This document shows positions 49,341 through 61,230 of a stretch of 64,000 nt of DNA, one piece after another. The notes under the pieces are model-generated. The model was given only the letters and a program-made list of their open reading frames with translations. It was not told the origin of the DNA and ran no database searches. Where the stretch lies: the NCBI GenBank assembly GCA_051294905.1, contig CM119372.1, positions 34,350,001-34,414,000 of the forward strand, in the 5' to 3' direction. The stretch comes from Botryllus schlosseri. Lineage: Eukaryota. The position numbers and the translations under genes were made by a program. Position 1 is the first letter of the stretch. The number at the start of each line of letters is the position of its first letter.

Positions 49341-50195
49341 CAGTATGGCTCTAATCTCTTTGATTTGCATAACAAAGGGCTATATGATGGGTTAGTTGCA
49401 TCTCACTGTGTTATCTATGACACAATGGCTTGAAAGCAAGATGTTAAACTACCCTGCCAGCAAGACCGTGTCCGAACAATATCTAAATATATCGCTTTAT
49501 TAATTCTGTCGTTTAAATTTGAGATAGTTTCCCATTCCACGAACGCCCAGGCGAGACCGCCAAAAATTACATTTTCATTGGGTCACCTTATTCTGGCTAT
49601 TGATTTTGTTTAAGTCGCTAAGAATGAGTTTTTCTGCAACGCCTTGGGCCAAGTTTACAGACTTAGGCGTTTGGGGTGAGTTATTTGACTTGTTTTAGGG
49701 AGAGGTGGTTATCGCTATGCAGTTTGGCTTTTTTGAGGAAACTTATTCCCGCATTGCGTCATTTTCTAGCGGTGTAGCTAAGAAAAACATAATTTTTGGT
49801 GGTCTCGCCAGAATGTCCGTGAAATGGCAAAGCAGCAAATTTGACAGCTCTGCATGAGCTCGGTTATACAACAGAACCTTTCGAGTATCTAAAACCTGCT
49901 AATTCAACAAAAATTTTAAATGCAACTTTTTACTGCAACCATTGTCGAAATTAAGTGCAACTTTCTGGCGATTTTAGTACAACAAAAACTTGCCCTAGTA
50001 ATTACAGATAGTGGCGTCAAGTTATTTATAGGTGTATAGCGCCACTGGACTTTTACAGTAATGCCACTAATACAATTAATGTTAAGAACGACAACATTGT
50101 TACGAAGATAGACAAGTAAGAGCCCATTAACTACTTGTATTAATATAGCATCAGTATATGGTATACCTTTCAATTGGCCAATATTCAAGACTTAC

Positions 50196-50395
50196 AATTT
50201 GACGTATAACTTCGTCGCGTCTATGTTCGATTCCAGCTCCTCGCATTTCGAAACCAATATAGTCAGATTCCCCAGCGCGTTCGCATCCAACGATGAAATG
50301 ACTGCTGACGAATCGTACGATATTGTAGCATACAAGATCCCCAACCTTGGTTTAGTAGCGCGAGTTGGGCTGAAGTGAATAACCAAGGGTTCTTC
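50196..50395 (-). pseudogene. Exon encoding the start of a synaptotagmin-like C2 domain
   Basis: ttccag| EEPLVIHFSPTRATKPRLGILYATISYD...GNLTILVSKCEELESNIDATKLYVKL |gtaagt; fits the C2 pattern G.L...L.Y...L.I.V..C..L...YVK. Confidence 0.65.
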
Positions 50396-51519
50396 CTGGA
50401 ATTACAGCAAAATATGAACACAGATTATGGTACTGCAACATTAAAATTGAGATCCGTTTACACAGGTTTTATTGCAATAATGTGGCCGCTTTAATAATTT
50501 AATCCCCAATAATGAATAAGATCAGGAATACTGCTGCTCATTCAACTAAGACTATGACCGCGAACTAACGACTCATCAATTGTATATATATATGTTGCAC
50601 ATGGTGTGAAAAACTGTTGATTCGATTTTATTATTGAGCTGGCGGTACAGTGGCTCTATTGTCCGAACATTTCAGTTAACGTGAGCTTAGCATGCGCTCA
50701 CCACAAATACGACGCCTAATGCATGGCTTCGTTTAATATTCACCGAAGTTGACGTTGCCACGAAAAGCTTAAGAGTAGCTGAACTTAGCAACTGGTATCT
50801 ATGTTGCTAATAACGTAAAATCCCAGTGTCAATAAAGACATCATATAGTGCGTGTGCGTGCAAACAGTAACGTTCCCTGGCTGCTTTATAAAACCATAAG
50901 TTATGTGGTTGGGGACTCGTGACAAGTTGGCAAAGAGATATTGTATTTGTGAGTTACTAATGTGTAATGAGTTGTTGTTCCACAAATGCTATTTTATTGT
51001 GGGGTGTGGCAGTTACGAACCTGTCGTAAACCATCACGCAGGGGCATGCAGTTTGCGATGCAACAGCACAACCTACATTCCTAGCGAAATCAGTGAATAT
51101 TCACAACCAAAGGGTGGTACATGAAAACACAACCGAACTAAGAATTATATCGCGGTTGTAAACCCTATACCTGCCTATACGTCCATACCATCCTTAGTCT
51201 GTACATACAAGCATCATTGGGATAAAAATGTTGTATTTGGTTTATACCGTGGTGTATAAGGTATAGGTTCAGATATCGTACACCACAAGTATATTTTCAC
51301 ACCCTTATATCACTCGTGGTAGACGGGTGTGAATGTGAATACACACCGTTTTCGCTAAGAGTGTACATCAAGATTACGCCGACTATAATTGCAACGTATG
51401 ACACTCTCGAGGGATGATGTGTGTGAGTAATGAGTATCTATGAGAAGGCTACGGTGACATTGCTATCTCTAGTGCTAATACTTAGAAGAGACATGGTACC
51501 ATATTTATGTGTGCTGTAC

Positions 51520-53063
51520 CTTGGTAACGCCTTTAACGCCAGACGTTGGTAAATTTGGTTTTCGGCTTTGTGGTGTTAAATATTTTCCATGTGGGGTTGC
51601 GGAACTCGTCAACCTGAACACTTGGTTGTCCAGATGTCCACGCAAGGGTCACTCGATTTCTTTCCAGGCCAAGGTGATTGGGGCAGTTGGTTTTTGTCAG
51701 CGCCGGCAGTACGGTGGAGCAAAAACTTGACCGCACTTTCTCTTGACTTCTCGATCGGTGGTGAGGATTCTTGATGCGTGACCTTGGCCGCTGATATTTC
51801 CTCCTCGAACACAGAACTTTCAGAAGAGCTGTTACTACTTGAAGAGCTGCAACTTGAAGCGGTACTTGAAGTCGAGCTGCTGCTTGAATATCTATTCCTT
51901 CGGCGACTGTTTTCCTGGATGCGTTTCTGAGTTTGCAATCTGCAAGCAGAACAGTTGCTACTGTACGACGCCGCCGAGTCTGATGACGAGCCTTCGCTTT
52001 CCCCGCCGCTCCGCTCCGCCATATACCGCTCCACTAAGTTGAGATTGTTTGGAGTTGGTTTCTTGTTAGAGTCAGAATGATAATCTTGTAGATAGTCGAT
52101 ATCATCATCCGTAATTTAGATATGAGGCACTGGTGCAGCCACTGTTATATTCGCAGAGTCCCCAGTGCCCTTGTCATTTCCGTCGTGTGTTCCTTCAGTT
52201 TTATCGCCTTTTGTGTGGTGTCTCGTGTCTTCGGCTCATTCTTTCCGCGACATTGTTTTAGTTTCAGTGGCTGGTTCTTGTGGTATGGCGTTCTTCTTCG
52301 CATTCTCATTGTCGATTCCCCTTTGAGACTTTTGATCATTTGGATCCGCAGTAGATTCTGCTGGCGTTTTTGTATTATTAGGACCTGCGTCTGGCTTGTC
52401 CTCTTCGGCAATACGCCGTTCATTTATGGTGGGATTGGAAGCATCATTGATGTTTTCAAGATTATTATCAAGCGTTTTTCTATCCTCTTTTTTGATCGAG
52501 TTCCACGCATCCGCAGATTTATCAGAAGCAGATCGTTTATCCGCATCGAGATGGTGTACATCGTCGCTGTCATTTTTAATGTTTTGGTTTCGATCGGCTA
52601 CGTTTGCGCTAGAGACACTTTTCGTCATTGAATCCAGCAATTCTTGAGTGGAACTTCGGGGAGGTGATGAATTCCCGGGTGTCTGTCGGACTTTGTAACT
52701 TTGTGCTATTGAGTCTAGCAGTTTGTTAGAAGAGCTCACACCGTCAACACGGGCAGATGTATTTTTTATTTGTTCACATTCTTCTGGTGATGTCACTTTT
52801 GAAATTGTTTCATCAGCCAATTCAAGACTCAATTCAGATTCCTCTACTTTTTCAATGCTCTCGATGCGGTCGTTATTGGAAGGTACCTGCTCTACTTTCT
52901 CTGTTTTACATTCTCCCGTTTCGCTTACCATGACATCAACGTGGTTCACCTCATTTGAGACACGTAGGACCTCCTGTTGGTTGGAATCTGGCTGAACAAT
53001 GGGAGCATCCAAGGAAGCAATGCTTGAATAGTTGCCAACGTCGACATTGTCAGATGTGGGAAT
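51520..53063 (-). pseudogene. Large low-complexity (Ser/Asp/Glu-rich) exon of the C2-domain gene, disabled and truncated by a P element
   Basis: One frame runs from 53063 to about 51650 with two in-frame stops (TGA 52236-52238, TAA 52116-52118); an inferred 1-nt frameshift near 51648 then leads to ...GVTK|gtacag, in phase 0 with exon 50196-50395. Confidence 0.65.
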
Positions 53064-54323
53064 CAGGGATATCTAGACTAGGGATTGATAACTCTTTTTT
53101 GCCCATTACGTGATGAGGGCAAAATTACAATTATTTGTGAGGACTGCTGTCTGCACCTACGGACCCTTGTTGCCCACTATTACTCCTTCAAGTTGGATAA
53201 CAAATTGCTGATGACATCATTGTGGCCATGACGTCATAATGACCATGGCGTCATAGTGACTATGACGTCACAAATACTTTTCTTTATTATAATATTCGTG
53301 AAATGGCATGCAATTATTTAATTATAAACACAAGATAAACCGTTACAGGACATGCAATACCACCAATTTCGATTGTGTCAATTCTTGGAAGCCTTTGACG
53401 TAAGCTTACTAATTTTACGTAGTTTTTTGATGGCGGCTCAACAAGAGATGGTTGAATCGCTTAAGTTCATTCTTCGCAAAGCAATTGAAAGCTGTCTGGG
53501 CGATGGAGTTGAAGTTTGCATGACCAGATTGACAGCAGTTATTCAAAAGAGGGCGCATTAGGCTTGACAAATCAACCACCTCGTGAGTTGCCTCCGTGAA
53601 AACAAATCTTTGGTTTTGACAACAAAACAATTTTTGCTTCATGTCCATGGAATCACTTATGATGGTGAAATATTTGACAGCAAGCGTCGTTATTGCAAAG
53701 CATAACTCGGTAGGCTCAGCAAGGCCACCTCGATCAGCCATTTTGAATATTCTTTTGTATTCTTCTGGGAAGCAGAAATCCAAATCCGGAACGTCACGGT
53801 CGGTTATCAGCAATGTTTTGCAATCCATGCACTTTCGTCGCACAGAAATTGATCGGCCAATGCATCCACTGACAAAATATATCACACCGGCCTCTTCAGT
53901 TGTGATAAAATTCAGCGGTGCAGAGATAGGCAAAAGAAAGCTCACCAACCATTTGAAATCTTCTGCAGGTTGTAACACAGTTGCGGTCAAAGGTGGGTCT
54001 TGTTCATTCAAATTAAGAATACTCTTCAAACCATGCTGCTGAAGTAAGCTCAAGCAGCGGAACTTCTTTTCCGCAGGCAGTAACTGCTTCACGGACATGA
54101 AAAAGTTTGCCCCATTAACTTGCCGGTACATGCCAAATCTAGCCTCAATGGGATCTGACAAGACTTTTCCGGTGAGAAAATACTTCACGCCATGTTGCCG
54201 TTGAAGGTATCTTGACAGTGAAAGGACTGAGGTCATGGTTTGAATACAAGCCATAAAGGTCTCGTTAGTGAGTCCAGCTCTGTCAGATCTTTGCCACTCC
54301 ATGAATATAGTTATGGCTCTGTT
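53064..54323 (-). mobile_element. 3-prime part of a P-element/THAP9-like transposon (outer copy)
   Basis: Terminus CAGGGATATCTAGACTAGGG at 53064 abuts the host exon; contains the transposase C-terminal half. Confidence 0.8.
53415..54323 (-). pseudogene. P-element/THAP9-like transposase, C-terminal portion
   Basis: GLTNETF, YFLTGKVLSDPIEARFGMYRQVNGANF (catalytic E region), YFVSGCIGR..C..C, DRGGLAEP; open up to the junction at 54323. Confidence 0.9.
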
Positions 54324-54836
54324 CAGGGATATCTAGACTAGGGATTGATAACTCTTTTTTGCCCATTACGTGATGGTTTGCCTTCCCCAGTCAGACCCGC
54401 GAATGAGCCATTGGTGTACTCAATTCTTTGTGCTGTATACACCTCATCTATCATGAGGCATACGATACGATCGCGGGGTGTTAAGTCTTTTGATCGCTCT
54501 TTTAAATAATGCAAGTCTACTTTTCTTGGCTCCACAGTCATTTTCGATGATATTTGGCGAAGTCGACTCATCGAAGGCAAGGCAAAGAAATGCTTCAACT
54601 TTTTGTACAGTGCAGGACTAGTCAATCTCGACAGGAAAGCCAACATAAGAGTATCAGGTGAATATCGGCGACCTTTTGGGTGGATTTGAATCAATTTCAA
54701 CTGTTTCACAATAAATCCTAACAAAGGTGTCATGCAGCCATCCTGTAGAGCTGTGGACTCTGCCGTAGCGACGAGATAATCTTCCAGGATAGACACAGCA
54801 AGACTAATGCTGCTCGAGTCATCACTGCCACTATAC
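54324..54836 (-). mobile_element. Internally deleted P-like copy: transposase N-half fused to the 52-bp terminus
   Basis: KGRRYSPDT...SPALYKKLKHFFALPS...IVCLMIDEVYTAQRIEY (first catalytic D) joined at 54375/54376 to an exact copy of 53064-53115. Confidence 0.85.
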
Positions 54837-57800
54837 AGTAGTAGTAGTTATGATCGCTCGTGAGGTGGGTGGGGCTCTTATGGGCGGGGTGGCGAGCTAA
54901 CGAGAAACCGGGGGTGGCGAACTAACGTTTTCGTCTTATGGCGGGGGTGGCGAACTAACGTTTTCGTCTTATGGCGGGGGTGGCGAGCGGCTGGGAACCT
55001 GGGGTGGCAAGCGGCTCTTTCGTCTTATGGGCGGGGTGGCGAGCGGCTATTGTGTCTTATGGTCGCACGGTAACCCTTTTCAGCATAGGGATCGGTCGCA
55101 AGCGGCTCTTATGTCTTATCGCGGAGGTGGCATACGGCTATTGCGTCTTATGGCGGGGGTGGCATGCGGCTATTGTGTCTTATGGATGCGGTAGTGATTC
55201 GTACTTTCGTTTATAGACTGCGGGCGGCATGTCGTACTTTCAGCAAAAAAGGTGTGAAATAGTTTGCTAAGTCTAGGAATTACTCTCATGGTAATGTTTG
55301 AGTAATTAGATTACCCCAGAGCCGGCGTAGACGGTGATTCGAATATCAACAATAGTCGCGTTCGCAAACTAACACTTCAAAAAGGTGTGAAATATTGGTA
55401 AAATCCAGCGATCACTCACAAGATAATACCTAAGACATAACCATCGCTCGCGACTCGCTGTTACATACATGCCGATCGTTGACAATGTAATATTTTGGTA
55501 ATTAGTTTACCACAGAACCCGCGTAGACGGCGATACCAACAATAGCCGCGTTCACAAACTAACCCTTCAAAAAGGTGCGAAATAGGTTGCAAATCCCACG
55601 ATCACTCACGAGATAACACCTAAGACATAGCCAGCCCTCACCAACTTGTTGTTACATACATTCCAATCGCCACAATGTAATATTTTGATAATTGGTATGT
55701 CACAGGAACTGGATTTCACTGGTAAAATTTAATAAGTAACGGATAACAGAGCCGTCACAGACGATGATTCGAATACCGACAAATTCTCACTTATTTCTGA
55801 TCCCACCCTAATCCTTTGCGAAGTTGACGCTTATTCGAAAAGGTGTGAAATAATTGTAAAGCCCTACGTCGCTGACGGGATAATGCATCAGACATAGCGA
55901 TCTAGTTATAGCATGGGTCGGAATCCATTCGCGGGATGTACTAGGTAAATTGAGATAATCCGAAACGAAATATTTTGACTTTGGTGTAGTGTGAATTGAA
56001 ATAGGATTGACAAACATGGCTATCAACTTTCCCACAGTCCCAAATTGATATTATACACACATTGATTCGAAACAAGTAATGGAACATTGCAACTCTATTC
56101 GCGATCCGACTTTTCGTTTGTCAAAGCGACATTTTTAACATCTTACCATACTCAAAAGAATTATTTACAACATTAACAAGTGTTCAAAATCTAGTTTTCA
56201 CTTACTTGATTATACCACTGCAACTCACAAATTTGAATTAATTCATTCTGGTTGTATTCATATGATCGGTCTTTTTTATTCAATTGTAAAGGTCGTTACT
56301 ATTCTGAAGACAAAGTAAGCTATTTACTAATCGACACATAAATGACTTGACATAAACATATTATATTTTGAGTATACGAGATTTGAATGTCTGAACAATA
56401 ACTGAGAAATAATTTATCACAATAAAATACGTATATTACAGCGTAAAAGATGTTTGAATGTCAGCAACTCTGTACGGTCATAGTTACTACCACTAATTTA
56501 CCCGACCAACTCGTCATGATCATTCCTGAAATCAACACAAATATGACCACTGACTTGAGTTAACCACAAAACAGCATCAAGTTTTAAATCCACTTGTAGC
56601 TTACGGATTATTTGAATGCTGGTTATGTTTTGTTGTAATTGAGTTAACGGAAATAGTATTACGACTCGACATCTGACCATCTTACCATATTCAAAGAATC
56701 AACCACGAAAACATTGTCAAGTAAATCCGTTAACCGACCAACTCAACAGTATCAATATGAAAAACAGCCAAACATACACGAATCCATACAAGCACTAAAA
56801 CCTAAAATCCATAACAAGCCTGGTTGTATTCATATCCCTACATGTCTTTTTTATTCAACTTGAAAAGTCGTTACTATTCTGTAAGACAAAGAAATTACTA
56901 TGCGGTATATTTTGTAAGATAAAAGTAATTACTTCTCGGTGCCCGCGACTTGAGATTAACATAATATGTTTGAGTATGCGAGATTTGAATGTCTGCCCAA
57001 CATGTTGAGAATTCATTTCTTACAATCGAACGCAGGTGTTATATTGAAAATTATCATGATGTAAACATAAGGATTGACACATTGATTTGACATATGTAAT
57101 AGTTGATCATGACTTGACTATTAAATTATTTGCGTTAATTAGACCCGGCGTTGTGGTAAAGATTATTGTGACAGCAACAAACTTTTCAGTACCATTGTTA
57201 TTAACATATTGAGTTGTAAACTATGTGTGTCTAAAATGTTCTCGATTGGAAAATTATTCAGCCTTGGTACAAACCACGCAGAGTATTGTGGATATCAGGA
57301 AATATTTTACAAATGTAATTGTCTGCAGTAAACAAGACTAAAGATGAAACAACAATTTCCTTTGTTGAACAATAACCGGTGCAATACTTTATTGTCGGTG
57401 AGAATTGAAACACTTTCGCGCATTACCTGGTGTCAAGATATCACACTAGGTGAATTGACATACCACCATTTGATTAATGCTTAATCCGTTCGCATCATTT
57501 CACACTCACTTTGATCATTACAAAAGTAAATTGGAATATGTTTGCCAGGCACCACCTATTCAACTATACTTGAGTAATACAGAAACCTCTCAGCATTAAT
57601 AAAATCGAAATGTGCGCTACACTGAAATCTACAAAAATGAGTTTGTATTGCTGTTCGTAGTAGCGATATCGATTTGAACCTCCATCATCTAACCAAACTA
57701 CTGAGAGTCGTTGTCAATTTACATGACGTTCACTGATTACATACTAGAACTATTTGTGCAACGCACACGATCAGAGAAATTGGACATTTTTCCATTGCCA

Positions 57801-57840
57801 TTCGTCAAAGTAAATGTCGTCACAATAATCAGTCACTAAA
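54837..57840 (+). repeat. Left terminal inverted repeat, 3004 bp
   Basis: 55071-57840 is the reverse complement of 61231-64000; paired coordinates sum to 119071 throughout; six substitutions seen. Confidence 0.95.
54865..55185 (+). repeat. GC-rich subterminal minisatellite, unit about 30-34 bp
   Basis: About 9 imperfect copies of GTCTTATGGCGGGGGTGGCGAGCGGCT. Confidence 0.9.
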
Positions 57841-57846
57841 TCAATC

Positions 57847-58122
57847 ATGTCAATCCGTTTCACAATCCACCGTTCTTCAACTCCCCGCACCATAGTGTTA
57901 CGACACAGACAAGAAGCGTCGGTGGAAATAATAAAACACGGAAAGCACACTTTGGTGTTATTTGACATGGATTTTACACCCGACGAACCTTACATTCGAG
58001 CGATGCATTGGAATGGTGATTGTATTATTGATGTCCAGGGAAAACAAATGTATCGATTTATTGGTTTCGTACATATCCAACAAAAACCAGGGTATATGAT
58101 TGTGCACGGTTCGCATATTTGA
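57847..58122 (+). CDS. Hypothetical 91-aa protein at the start of the unique core
   Basis: Intact ATG-to-stop ORF starting 6 nt inside the TIR boundary; no family recognised. Confidence 0.3.
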   Translation: MSIRFTIHRSSTPRTIVLRHRQEASVEIIKHGKHTLVLFDMDFTPDEPYIRAMHWNGDCIIDVQGKQMYRFIGFVHIQQKPGYMIVHGSHI

Positions 58123-58934
58123 CTGTGAACGCTCTATTGATATATGTTGTACAGTTCACTTTCACCGTCGTGCGAATAACCCGTGTCACGGTTCCATGTT
58201 TGTGTGTCTGTATGTCATGCTTCAGATTGACTCAGAGTCATTGCAATGTGGCTTATTGGTATGACATTGTTATCAGGTGACATTCGATCTACATCAAAAC
58301 TACCGGCTATGATAATGTCTGTGGATCGATGTTTGTATACCAACACATTGCATGCAATGTCACACACCTCCATTTCCGCGTATACTGATGTGGGCAAACA
58401 AGCGCGACGTATGTCTGGATGGTATTTTTTCGTGGAAACACACGGTGTAACATGTTTACTTTGAATATTGTTCATTGGTTTATCGATTCAGAGTTGATAT
58501 CCGGCTCCAGTTACATACTTTATCAGGGTTTCCGATTTCAAACTGAATGTCGAGACATACATTGACCAATAAAGACACAATATAGTAAACATGCGGGAGG
58601 AAAACTCGATCTGGAGTTGTTATCGCGATGGGTGACATAAATCCAACCGTTTTCCGAATACCGTTATCCACATACCAACCATCGTCAAGGAGGTGTTTTA
58701 TTCAGACATTTTGACTCTGGAAAATCCAAAGCACGAACCCGGACATCACGGACATATCAGAAACCCCTTTATTCGCCAATTCCGAAAACATACATGTCGA
58801 TGTACAACAGCACATTGTTATTGTATGTGAGTAACCAATGATTTTGATGGGATGCATCAGAGCAAGTGAATATTTGATTACACAAATGTCAGTTTTCAAA
58901 ACGAAAATGGTATTGGTACTCAGGTAAATGATAG

Positions 58935-59298
58935 TTTTCCAAACGAAAAGGGTTTGTTGCCTGGGGAGAAAAGGGTTTGTTGCTCAGTGAAAATGGTTTG
59001 TTGCTCGGGGAAAAAATATATTTCCAAGTGAAAAAGGTTTGTTGCTCAGGGAAAAAATGTATTTCCAAGTGAAAATGGTTTGTTGCTCAGGGAAAAAATA
59101 TATTTCCAAGCGAAAAAGGTTTGTTACTCGGGGAAAAATATATTTCCAAGTGAAAAAGGTTTGTTGTTCAGGGAAAAAATATATTTCCAAGCGAAAAAGG
59201 TTTGTTACTCGGGGAAAAAATATATTTCCAAGTGAAAAACGTTTGTTGTTGAGGGAAAACATATATTTCCAAGTGAAAATGGTTTTGTTACTCGGGTA
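58935..59298. repeat. Tandem array, 40-41 bp unit, about 8 copies plus degenerate flanks
   Basis: G(T/C)GAAAA(A/T)GGTTTGTT(G/A)CTC(A/G)GGGAAAAAATATATTTCCAA repeated head to tail. Confidence 0.95.
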
Positions 59299-61230
59299 AC
59301 GCTAAACTCCCAAGGGAAAATGGTAATTGTACACAAGTAACGACTGACCTCCTGGTGAAAATGATATTTTTACTTGGGTAGGTATCGTATGTTCAGTGTC
59401 AGTGATGTTGTTAAACGTTGTTGCTTGACATCGGTATCCCGTTAGTGTATTATTATGAGTGTGAAAAGGATTTACACATCTTGTGCAGAGTATCAGAGTG
59501 TTGCGACAGTAAAGATATTGTTCGCGTGACGAACCAAGATCGTTGTTTAAATGTTAATGCATTTCGATTACCGAGTTGCTGTACAATAAAGATGAATCTA
59601 CATTAGACCGTGCTGTGTACTTCGATTGAAACCACATGTAAATCTATTCGCACAACTCGATGATGTTGATGTAGTGTTACTAAAATAAATTATTACCTAT
59701 TTACACAACATAAAAATAACAATTCATGTCGTAGTAAGTAAGCTTCTTGAACTCGTGCTTGATGAAAACGATTGGCGACAAGTATGCTTTTGTGTTTGAG
59801 TGAAAAATAATTATTTAGAGTAGTGACAGTTTGTGACCAACGAATGCAAATCGATCATGGTATTACAATATACGCTTTCGTCAACATAACGACTTGGTGC
59901 AGGAGAAACACTTTAACGTTTTTCAATAACCAGAATCTTGAAACATGTTGCTTGTGTGATTTACAGCTGGTGCACAAAGGTTAGCGACGTTTTTTAATAT
60001 AGTTCCACTTTCTAGTTGCTTTGATGTGAGGCTCGGTGCTTCTCGTTAGTAAAGTAAATTGTTTTGTGCGTTAGATTTGTGGTAAGTAAGTCGAATACAT
60101 ACTCTTTTGTGGAAGTAACTGTATTGCTGCAATATCATTGGTAGGTCTCTGAAGCAGTCACCGTGGTTTTAATTTTGAAAGATGTCGCGATGTCGGTATA
60201 ATGTTTTCTAAAAGTCAAACTCGGACGGATATCACGGCTATGTAGGACTTACGATAAACATTATACTTATACAACTTTGTTACAAGAACTATGATATTTC
60301 TGTAAGTGCTATAGTCGTGTGTTGGATTATTTGAATATTTGGATACGTAACCATTCGTATGAAAAAGTTCTTGTGACATCAGAACAGTTTGCAGAGTCAA
60401 ACCAACCATTCAGTTTCGTAGTGTGAGGATATCGAGTAAAGTCGATTACTTTGTGTGATGTAAATATCCTTCGTACTTTTGTAAGAGTTGTGAGGATGAT
60501 CATTCGTATCCTATGAAGTAGCTAGTTGATACTACAAAATATTGAATGATCGCTAACACACTGAGTTCATAACCCAAGATAGTGAAAATTGTGTACTCTT
60601 AGACTAACATAATTCGTATCCAGCAAAACGATAGACACCAAAGGTTCGATGGAGTTTAAATCTAGATTGTATTAAGCGAAGTGGTGAGTATCTCCAGTAA
60701 TAAAGTCGAAACGACCAAAACAAATTTTCTGTGTCTTGTAAATAACTATTTGGTATGATATTACTTGAGTGTGTGACAATTCGTATCCGTCGAGGTTGAA
60801 TGTTTAGCCATATCGAAATGAATCCAGATCACATGAATTATACATTAATCACAATAGAATCGACGAGAATGTTAACCACGTAGAGTGTGTTTGTTTAAAA
60901 GTTATCTCCAATACGGTTACTTCGATCGGTATTAATTCCATGTCATACAAAAACATGTAACCTTTGTACAGTTTCGTAGTACGGGAATATCGAGTGAAGT
61001 TGATTATTTTTGTGTGACGAAAATATCTTGTATTGATATTGGACACTGGTTTCGTTACCCAAGTGAGTGAAAATTGTTCTTGGCTGGACAGATATGATTA
61101 GTATTTAGAAAAAACGACTCACACCGATTAAGCGACGCTGTTTCCTATCCAATGACTGAGTGAAATTTCTCAGGGGTTTGATTTACCGAGTTAATTGTCG
61201 GCGATTCAATCACATACAAGTATATGGTCT

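Noticed and set aside
52122..54042. Plus-strand ORFs 52122-52631, 52396-52647, 52723-52995 and 53641-54042
   Set aside because: Antisense shadows of the minus-strand exon and transposase
55808..56680. Duplicated ORFs in the TIR arms (also 62391-62573 and 63036-63263)
   Set aside because: Short, with no recognisable motifs; the duplication simply reflects the inverted repeat
58935..59298. CRISPR-like array, and ORFs 58984-59262 and 59039-59299
   Set aside because: Units are head to tail with no unique spacers, the context is eukaryotic and there are no cas genes; the ORFs are translations of the repeat
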